This document shows positions 35,963-43,449 of a DNA stretch of 64,000 nucleotides, one piece after another. The position numbers and the translations under genes are program-made. How positions within the stretch are numbered: the first letter of the stretch is position 1; every line of letters begins with the position of its first letter. The notes beneath the pieces are model-generated. The model was given only the letters and a program-made list of their open reading frames with translations. It was not told the origin of the DNA and searched no databases. The stretch is from Syntrophaceae bacterium (GTDB taxonomy: Bacteria; Desulfobacterota; Syntrophia; Syntrophales; Smithellaceae). The DNA is taken from the NCBI GenBank assembly GCA_025355345.1, contig JANXZU010000098.1, forward strand, positions 960 through 64,959, given 5' to 3'.

Positions 35963-38047
35963 ATGGAAAAGTTTTTTTATCCCCGCAGTTTAGTGGTATT
36001 CGGGGCTTCGATTACAAAAATGAATCTGGGACAGATCGTCCTGCTCAATAACAAGCAAAACGGTTACGAAGGCGCACTTTACGGTGTTGGTAGCAAAGCG
36101 GGAGTTATAGATGGTATACCAGTTTATACTGACATTGCCGATCTTCCGGAAACCCCTGATGTCGCCATCTTTCTAACGCCGGCCAAAACCATCCCCGCTC
36201 TTATGGAAGCCTGCGGCCAAAAGGGAATTGAGCGTATCGTCATTGAATCAGGCGGCTTCAGCGAATATTCGCGTGGCGATTACTCTCTAGAAAATGAAGT
36301 TCTAAAAGTTGCTAAAAAATATGGGATGAAGGTAATCGGCCCCAACTGTGTCGGGACCATAAATTTTGATATCAAAATGATGATGCCGTTTACTTTTTTT
36401 AAGGATATACCCACAGGAGGCCGTGTAGGGCTTATTGCCCAGAGTGGTGGTATTGGCGCGACTTACCTGCGCGCCATGACCGGTTACGGAATCAAGCCCG
36501 GAAAATTCGTGGCAACAGGCAACAAACTTCAACTGGACGAAGTTGATTTCCTGGAATATTTTGTTCATGATGACAAGACCGAAATAATCACTGTCTATCT
36601 TGAAGGTTTCAAAAGAGGAAGAGCCTTTTTTGATCTGGCGATGCAATCGGAAAAACCCATAATCGTACAAAAATCCAACCGCAGTCCCTTAAGCGCAAAA
36701 ATTGCCCAATCCCACACCACAGCACTATCGAACAGCGATGAAGTGGTCGATGGTTGTTTTCGTCAGGCAGGGGTTATCCGGATTGAAGATGAGTTGGATT
36801 TAATTAACGCCACCAGGGTTGTCCGTCTCCCGCTGATGAAGGGAAGGCGCGTAGCTGTTCTTTCACGCTCCGGTGGGCACGCGGTTCTTTCGGCTGATGC
36901 CTGTGCCAGATACGGTTTTGATATCATTCCCTTTCCTCCATCATTCATCGAAAAGCTTAAAACAATTTACAATACCCGTGTCATTGCCCACCAGAACCCT
37001 CTGGATCTGGGAGAAATTTTTGACTACACAATATTCATCGCTATTCTCGAAGAAACTCTGAAGTTGGATACTTATGACGGCGTTTTGTTCAACCATCTTT
37101 ATGCAGCCAATTTTGAAGCTGAAATGTCGCGGACTTTCCTTTCTGGTGTGGAGAAGCTCGTTGCCAAGTATCAAAAGCCGGTTTGTCTGGCCATGATTTC
37201 CTCCCGCGAGGAAATTCTGGATATTTCGAAAAATCACACGTACCCAACTTTCACCTCGCCGCTTGAGGCCGCTGCCGCTCTTCATGTTTCTTTGACTTAT
37301 TATGAACGCAAAAAAGCGCGCGATGCCAGAGGCAAGATACCATCTTATAAGATTGACCTGCCCGCAATTTCGATTATCAGAGAGCGCTGCCTGCTGGACG
37401 CACGTATACCACTTACGGATGATGCCCTGAACATTTGCAGTGCTGCAGGATTGCAACCGGTAAAAAGCATGGTCATTAAAAATGCTAAAACAGTTGGACG
37501 CATCCAACTTAAATACCCTGTGGCCTTAAAACTAGTTTCTCGCGATGCATCGCATAAATCCGACGTCGGTGGCGTGAGAATAAATATTCTAAACAGGGGA
37601 TCTCTGATTGCGTCCATTGCCGAAATGGAAAAAACAATAAAGCTTCTGAAGCCGCGTCCCGTAATCGACGGTTTTATGGTTCAGGAGATGGCGCCTTCGG
37701 GCATCGAATGTTTTGTGGGTGGTCGCAGGGATAAGGCTTTCGGTCCCATCATTATAGTTGGCTTGGGAGGAATCTTTATTGAGATATTCAAAGACACAAC
37801 AATTGCCTTGGCTCCGGTTACAAAAAAGGAAGCATCTGATATGCTCAAAGAACTTCAGGCCTATCCGCTTCTTCAGGGAGTTCGAGGCAAAGGTCGGGCC
37901 GATGTAAAAGCTTTGGTCGACGTTATCTGCCGTGTATCAACCCTTTTGACAAATTGTCCCGAGATTAGCGAACTGGATCTCAATCCTGTGATTGTCCATC
38001 CTGATGGGCAGGGCGTCTCAATTGTTGACGCGCGGATATTTTTCTAA
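35963..38047 (+). CDS. ADP-forming acyl-CoA synthetase family protein (CoA-binding + succinyl-CoA-ligase-like + ATP-grasp)
   Basis: N-terminus PRSLVVFGAS (CoA-binding Rossmann), GPNCVG, and a C-terminal ATP-grasp-like half, in a 695-aa ORF. ATG lies 8 nt after 'aaggag'. Confidence 0.75.
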   Translation: MEKFFYPRSLVVFGASITKMNLGQIVLLNNKQNGYEGALYGVGSKAGVIDGIPVYTDIADLPETPDVAIFLTPAKTIPALMEACGQKGIERIVIESGGFSEYSRGDYSLENEVLKVAKKYGMKVIGPNCVGTINFDIKMMMPFTFFKDIPTGGRVGLIAQSGGIGATYLRAMTGYGIKPGKFVATGNKLQLDEVDFLEYFVHDDKTEIITVYLEGFKRGRAFFDLAMQSEKPIIVQKSNRSPLSAKIAQSHTTALSNSDEVVDGCFRQAGVIRIEDELDLINATRVVRLPLMKGRRVAVLSRSGGHAVLSADACARYGFDIIPFPPSFIEKLKTIYNTRVIAHQNPLDLGEIFDYTIFIAILEETLKLDTYDGVLFNHLYAANFEAEMSRTFLSGVEKLVAKYQKPVCLAMISSREEILDISKNHTYPTFTSPLEAAAALHVSLTYYERKKARDARGKIPSYKIDLPAISIIRERCLLDARIPLTDDALNICSAAGLQPVKSMVIKNAKTVGRIQLKYPVALKLVSRDASHKSDVGGVRINILNRGSLIASIAEMEKTIKLLKPRPVIDGFMVQEMAPSGIECFVGGRRDKAFGPIIIVGLGGIFIEIFKDTTIALAPVTKKEASDMLKELQAYPLLQGVRGKGRADVKALVDVICRVSTLLTNCPEISELDLNPVIVHPDGQGVSIVDARIFF

Positions 38048-38070
38048 AGCAAGATATTGGGATATAACTT

Positions 38071-39255
38071 ATGAAAATATTCTGTCCTAAAATTATTATT
38101 TTTGCCGTATTGCCGATTCTACTTTCCTGCGCAATCGTGACGGATTTAGGAGCAGCCACATTACAAACCAATCGATATCATTCCTATCTCAAACAGGGAA
38201 TCGATAAGGCTTTCAACATGGAAACTGCAGTTGCTAATAGTCTGCTGAAAAAAGCGGTGGAGCTGCAACCTGACAATCCGATGGGCTATGCCTTCTTGGT
38301 CATGCTGCACTTATTTTCTTATGAGATGAGTTATGATCTTGAGGGGAGAAAGAGAGATCAGGAAGCAATCACGCGCTATGTCAGTGAAACAATCTTACGG
38401 GGAGAAAAAAGGCTGGAAATCAATCCTAAAGACTCTGATGCATACATGTCTATGGCGCTGGCTAAAGTTGCCAAAGTGCACTGGGGTATTCGTGAAAAAC
38501 GATACCTGATGATGGCGCAGGAAACATCAAATATCTGGTATTATCTGGAAAAGGCAAGTGCGGCCGAGCCAAATAATTTTGATATCTATTTTTTGATGGG
38601 GCTTCTGCATTACCATCTTGATTATCTGCCCGGATTAGCCCGCGTTGCATCCTCTGTATTTATTACCTCGGGTGACAGCCAACAAGGGCTGAGGGAAATT
38701 GAACTGGCGGCGCAAAAGGGTGATCTATTGAAAACTATCGCGCAAACTGAGCTCCAATCAGTTTATTTGATTTTTGAAAAACAGCCTCAGCGTGCGTTGC
38801 CGGTTATTCGCAAATTACGCGAAAAGTATCCCAACAACTATAATTTTGTATTTGCCGAGGCGAATGTTTTTGCCGAACTGCAACGATTCGACGAAGCTTT
38901 TGCTTTAGCCCAGGAAATAAAAAATAATGTTGAAACTGCCAAACCTCCCTATATTATACAGCTTCAGCCGAGATATAATCAGTTAATGGGCAGAATATTT
39001 TTTTCCCGTGGTGACTACAACAAGGCAACGGAGTATTTTCAGAGGGCTCTGCAAGATATGGCTTTTTATAATACGCGGGTTCGTGTCTGGTCGCTAGTGA
39101 GGTTGGGCATGATTCAGGATGCCCGTAAAGACAGAGCCAGGGCACAGGACTATTATTCGCAGGCGCTGGAAATAGAAAATGGTGAAGGCACAGCAAAGAT
39201 TGAGGCAAAAAAATATCTTCAGACGCCTTATGTGCCGACAAAAAATATTAATTAG
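38071..39255 (+). CDS. TPR-repeat exported protein
   Basis: N-terminal hydrophobic signal (IIIFAVLPILLSCA) followed by repeated TPR-like helices (..YNKATEYFQRAL.., ..RAQDYYSQALEI..). Confidence 0.65.
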   Translation: MKIFCPKIIIFAVLPILLSCAIVTDLGAATLQTNRYHSYLKQGIDKAFNMETAVANSLLKKAVELQPDNPMGYAFLVMLHLFSYEMSYDLEGRKRDQEAITRYVSETILRGEKRLEINPKDSDAYMSMALAKVAKVHWGIREKRYLMMAQETSNIWYYLEKASAAEPNNFDIYFLMGLLHYHLDYLPGLARVASSVFITSGDSQQGLREIELAAQKGDLLKTIAQTELQSVYLIFEKQPQRALPVIRKLREKYPNNYNFVFAEANVFAELQRFDEAFALAQEIKNNVETAKPPYIIQLQPRYNQLMGRIFFSRGDYNKATEYFQRALQDMAFYNTRVRVWSLVRLGMIQDARKDRARAQDYYSQALEIENGEGTAKIEAKKYLQTPYVPTKNIN

Positions 39256-39281
39256 TTAACGTTCAACAAAGGGGGTAAACC

Positions 39282-40265
39282 ATGAAAAGATTTTACTTCA
39301 TCTCAGTATTGTTACTAATGATCGGAATTACGGGTTGCGCGGCGCCAAAAGTAAACTTATTCAGCACTGTGCCTGAACCGCTTAAGGAATTCACACTGGA
39401 AGGCACAGGTTCTGATAAAGTCTTGTTGATCTCGGTAACCGGCACAATCTCCGACTCTCCCAAAAAAGATTTGATCAGCTCATCACCTGGTGTTGTGGAA
39501 GAAGTGGTGGCACAAATCAATAAAGCTAAAAGAGATAAGCAAATCAAAGCGATTTTGTTCAAAATAAATTCACCAGGAGGAACCATTACCGCAAGTGATA
39601 TCCTGTACCATGAAATTTCCGCGTACAAAGCGAAAGCGGGTGTTAAAATAGTGGTTTCGATGATGGATGTCGCTGCATCCGGCGCCTATTACATATCTCT
39701 TCCCGCGGATTTGATCATGGCTCATCCTACAACAATCACGGGTTCGGTAGGCGTTATTTCTCTGCAACCTAAAGTTGCCGGCTTAATGGAAAAAATCGGT
39801 CTTGGTGTCACCGTGCAAAAGTTTGGCAAATATAAAGACATGGGGTCACCATTCCGTGAGAGCAATACCGAAGAGCAAAAACTGTTGCAAAAGACAGTGA
39901 ACGATTTTGGCGATAGATTCATTAGTTTAGTAAAAAAACATCGCAAGCTCACTCCGCAGGCGATTGCGGAAGTCTCTACAGCACGAGTGTTCCTGGCTGA
40001 TGAGGCACTTACGCTTGGTCTTGTAGACAAAATCGGCTATATAAGTGAAGCGTTCAAGGAAATAAAAATAATTGCCGGAATATCTGAAGATGCCAAAGTT
40101 GTAGTTTACCGACGGATGGAATTTCCCGAAGATACTTATTATAACAATGCCGAAGCCATATCAGGAAAGTTGAACATTACGGGAATCAACATTGAGCTCC
40201 CGGAGGCCTTCAGGCTGAAAGCCGGTTTTTATTATCTCTGGCCAGGGGCAATTGGTATGGATTAA
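39282..40265 (+). CDS. sppA: Signal peptide peptidase SppA (36K type), lipoprotein
   Basis: Lipobox GITGC, INSPGGT, and the Ser-nucleophile context MMDVAASGAYYIS. Confidence 0.8.
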   Translation: MKRFYFISVLLLMIGITGCAAPKVNLFSTVPEPLKEFTLEGTGSDKVLLISVTGTISDSPKKDLISSSPGVVEEVVAQINKAKRDKQIKAILFKINSPGGTITASDILYHEISAYKAKAGVKIVVSMMDVAASGAYYISLPADLIMAHPTTITGSVGVISLQPKVAGLMEKIGLGVTVQKFGKYKDMGSPFRESNTEEQKLLQKTVNDFGDRFISLVKKHRKLTPQAIAEVSTARVFLADEALTLGLVDKIGYISEAFKEIKIIAGISEDAKVVVYRRMEFPEDTYYNNAEAISGKLNITGINIELPEAFRLKAGFYYLWPGAIGMD

Positions 40266-40473
40266 AGAGTGTCGATTTATTGAGAGGCGTTGTAGAAATA
40301 TAAAATGTGTTGTCAAAACTGTAATTTAGTCAAATCCAAGCTTCAGCAATGGATTGGACACAAGCTTGTTGGCCGAATTAATGACATTGGATGAAAATGA
40401 GTGAAACGAAACTTGAAGTGTAAATGGAATTGATCCCCGAAGTGTGAGTAGTGGGATTAGGGGGCATAAGGGC

Positions 40474-41667
40474 ATGAATATAAATGTTAAGATAAATTTT
40501 AGATCATCTGATCTGGCGAAAAAAACAATCTTGTTTGGCTTGTCGCTATTATTTATCACGCAAGTCTCGGGCTGCGCAGGTTGGAAAGAAACATTATTTG
40601 CGCAATATAATGAAGCTGTATGCCTTCCTGATTTTCCCGATAAAGACGGCTGGTACGGCGGTGACGGAGCATACTCCATTGCCCTGGACAAAGAGCGCAC
40701 CCTCTGGCTTTTTGGCGATACATTTGCGGCAAGTGAGAATGGTAGAAAAGATAGGATTGGTATGGACGTGGTCATGGGAACAACGCTGGCTATTTCCACC
40801 TGCGGGGAAAACGGACCATTCAAAATTAAATATTTTCTGAACAAGAAAAACGGGAAATTCTTATCATCATTTGGCGAAAATGAATGGTTGTGGCCGCAAG
40901 ACCCTTTTATTGTCAATCATGTTTTGTATGTCCCTCTGCTGGTGGTCAAAGCCATGCTGGACTTGAGCGAACCGATTAACTTCAAGATTGTGCGGCAGAA
41001 AATCGCCCGCATAAAAAACTATAACCTTAGTGATCCCCGTCAGTGGACTATCGATTATATTGACTTAAAGGAAGCAATTCCGCCGGGTATTGAAGCCTTT
41101 GCTACCACTTCCGTCGTTTTTCAAAATCATGTCTATTTTTATCCGCTCTACACTGCTGTTAAGAAAACTGGGAAAATTTCGGGCAATGTTCTGGTTCGCA
41201 TTCCGGCAGATAAAATTGATGATCCCGCCAATTTCATGGAGTATTTAAGCAAGGCAGGAAAATGGGAAACTGGTATGGTGCCAGCCAAAGCAATGATTGT
41301 TCTTCCCGCAGGCGTTTCCGAACTGAGCGTCAGATACCATGCTGATGACAATAAATGGATCGCCGTTTACATGTCTTCCATTATGACCGGTAATCAGCTT
41401 TTGTATCAGACGGCGGACAAACCGGAAGGACCATGGGGTAAACCAATAGTGCTGATTGCGACTGTGCCTGAAGTCGACCCCCAAAGCACCCGCTATGACA
41501 AACATAATTTTTGTTATGCCGGTAAAGAGCACATTGAATTTGCGCGCCCGGGAAATCTTGTTGTGACGTACGTCTGCAATTCAGCTGAAAATTTTCAAAA
41601 GAAAAATAATTTTATCAGGCGCAATCTTTTTCTTTACCGCCCGGTTGTAAACAATATCCGGTATTAA
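40474..41667 (+). CDS. Lipoprotein with beta-propeller-like (DUF4185/DUF5005-like) domain
   Basis: ATG 40474 and lipobox TQVSGC. GWYGGDGAYSIALDKERTLWLFGDTF resembles sialidase-like propeller families; this is a by-eye call. Confidence 0.5.
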   Translation: MNINVKINFRSSDLAKKTILFGLSLLFITQVSGCAGWKETLFAQYNEAVCLPDFPDKDGWYGGDGAYSIALDKERTLWLFGDTFAASENGRKDRIGMDVVMGTTLAISTCGENGPFKIKYFLNKKNGKFLSSFGENEWLWPQDPFIVNHVLYVPLLVVKAMLDLSEPINFKIVRQKIARIKNYNLSDPRQWTIDYIDLKEAIPPGIEAFATTSVVFQNHVYFYPLYTAVKKTGKISGNVLVRIPADKIDDPANFMEYLSKAGKWETGMVPAKAMIVLPAGVSELSVRYHADDNKWIAVYMSSIMTGNQLLYQTADKPEGPWGKPIVLIATVPEVDPQSTRYDKHNFCYAGKEHIEFARPGNLVVTYVCNSAENFQKKNNFIRRNLFLYRPVVNNIRY

Positions 41668-42118
41668 CCTTCATCACGGCTTTTTTGATGAGCTCCGATT
41701 TACCCTCAACTTGCAGTCTGGGCATGTGCGCATCGCCTGGCCAAAACATGGCAAACATTCCAGGATACATGTTTAACCTGCCGCAGGCGTTTTGTGGCTT
41801 TTCATAATAAACCGCATCTTCAATCGCATCGTAAGGCTTAATGATTTTTAATTCACCTGCCGGACACCAATCTATCCGTTCACTTCTTGTAATAGTTGTG
41901 TGGATATCGATATATTTTTTGTGTGTTTCCATCTCAGCTTCCGGATCGGCAGGATCAATAGTTTCATAACTAAACACTTTAAGAATTATATCATTGTCTT
42001 TTATCTTTTTTTCCATGGCGGGCGTGTTTTCATCCAAAGCCTTCAAGTGCTCAAAGATTATTCCCCAAACAGGTTCTCTGAAATATATTTGCCAATTATC
42101 AAGGCGATCAAGAATCAT
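41615..42118 (-). CDS. YhcH/YjgK/YiaL family protein
   Basis: ..FWPGDAHMP...IKKAVMKV parallels E. coli YhcH (FYPGEVHKP...VRKAVVKM, from memory). A roughly 16-aa C-terminal tail overlaps the convergent gene. Confidence 0.75.
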   Translation of the reverse strand: MILDRLDNWQIYFREPVWGIIFEHLKALDENTPAMEKKIKDNDIILKVFSYETIDPADPEAEMETHKKYIDIHTTITRSERIDWCPAGELKIIKPYDAIEDAVYYEKPQNACGRLNMYPGMFAMFWPGDAHMPRLQVEGKSELIKKAVMKVNTGYCLQPGGKEKDCA

Positions 42119-42331
42119 GTGTAATTACCCCTATTAATATTTTAATGCCATTACTAAATAAAACATGATATCTAGACATCAATAAGTAACGAGTTCATGT
42201 AAACCTCATGTGTTTTTGATATTTAACATTAGCTAATTGTATATAACTTTTCAACAAATTAATTTTTACTATCTTTTGACACACAATTATATTATCATTC
42301 AATCAACTTAAACAGCAAAGGAGATATTCTT

Positions 42332-42892
42332 ATGGGCAATCTCATCAGATGCAAAGCTTGTGGATATGTAACCAGCGAAGGCAAGATCAAAGATATCTGC
42401 CCTGCCTGTGGAGTACCGGCAAAAATGTTTGCGCCCTATACAGACCCGGTATCAGAAAAAAGGCGTATGCTTCTTGACCTCCATACTCATCCCATTATGG
42501 TGCATTTCCCGGAAGCATTTTCAATTACACTTTTTCTCTCGGCCGCTTTATCTTATTTTGCCCCCGGAGCGATTAAGGAAACATTGTTTGGAGCCATACA
42601 AGTACTTTCACTTCCTCTGCCGTTTTTTGTGCTTCTGTCTATTCTTACCGGACTATTTGACGGCAAAATTAGATTCCGTAAAGTAACAACGCCTTTATTA
42701 AAAAAGAAAATTATTGTCGGAGTGCTTTTGTTGATCGTATCCATAGCCATTGCTTTTATAGCTTTTTCCGGAGGACTTGCGGTCTCGCCTGTTCGTGAAT
42801 ACTTTATCCTGCTGACCATCATTGCAGTAGCCTGTGGAACGGCATTGGGATTACTTGGTGGCAATCTTATGGATGCAAAATTCCCCGGCTGA
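42332..42892 (+). CDS. Rubredoxin-like zinc-ribbon domain fused to a DUF2231 membrane domain
   Basis: The N-terminus has CKACGY...CPACGVPAKMF (rubrerythrin-type CxxCG/CPxCG). This is followed by HTHPIMVHFPEAF and four TM helices. Confidence 0.7.
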   Translation: MGNLIRCKACGYVTSEGKIKDICPACGVPAKMFAPYTDPVSEKRRMLLDLHTHPIMVHFPEAFSITLFLSAALSYFAPGAIKETLFGAIQVLSLPLPFFVLLSILTGLFDGKIRFRKVTTPLLKKKIIVGVLLLIVSIAIAFIAFSGGLAVSPVREYFILLTIIAVACGTALGLLGGNLMDAKFPG

Positions 42893-42956
42893 TATTTATT
42901 GATCGTGCCTGGGGGGTTGATTTAGAATTGTAATTAAAAATTTAAGGAGGTTTACT

Positions 42957-43340
42957 ATGAAAAGAACATCAGCAATTTCCACATTTATTTTTGGCGCGTT
43001 GCTATTTGTTTTAATGGTTCTATGTTTTTATCCGCAAATATCTTATGCCGATGCACCGCAGGATGTAAAACTTAGCTATGATTTCAGCACGCAAACTCTG
43101 GCGGTAACAATCACGCACAAAGCTTCATTCCCCAGCATGCATTATATTAAATCTGTTGAAATCAAGAAAAACTCCGCCATGATCAGCACGACTAAATATG
43201 ACACTCAACCTGCTGAAGCGCCATTTACTTATACATATAAAGTGGCGGCAGCAGAAGGTGATAAGCTGGAAGTAAACGCAACCTGTAGTCTATCCGGAAG
43301 TAAAGTAGCTACTGTTACAATATCACGAGCATCGAAATAA
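42957..43340 (+). CDS. Small exported beta-rich protein of unknown function
   Basis: RBS 'aaggagg' and a signal peptide ending SYA|DAP. The mature part is about 95 aa of beta-strand-like sequence containing ITHKASFPSMHYIKSVEI and ATCSLSG. Confidence 0.6.
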   Translation: MKRTSAISTFIFGALLFVLMVLCFYPQISYADAPQDVKLSYDFSTQTLAVTITHKASFPSMHYIKSVEIKKNSAMISTTKYDTQPAEAPFTYTYKVAAAEGDKLEVNATCSLSGSKVATVTISRASK

Positions 43341-43342
43341 AA

Positions 43343-43402
43343 ATAATACCAAGTTGCTTTCAAAAATAAACTATAAATTTTTGAAAGCGTACTTGGTATT
43401 AT
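43343..43402. repeat. REP-like long hairpin, copy 2
   Basis: ATAATACCAAGTTGCTTTCAAAAA-loop-TTTTTGAAAGCGTACTTGGTATTAT; it starts 3 nt after the stop at 43340. Confidence 0.8.
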
Positions 43403-43449
43403 GCCCGGTAAATCACCCTTTTAATATTTGATAGCATCTTGGTATAAAC

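Noticed and set aside
36941-37507. 188-aa minus-strand ORF inside the acyl-CoA synthetase gene
   Set aside because: It is antisense to a well-supported 695-aa ORF, with no RBS or motif.
40326-40916. 196-aa minus-strand ORF
   Set aside because: It overlaps the start and lipobox region of the plus-strand lipoprotein gene. Its Ser/Pro-rich low-complexity translation looks non-genuine.
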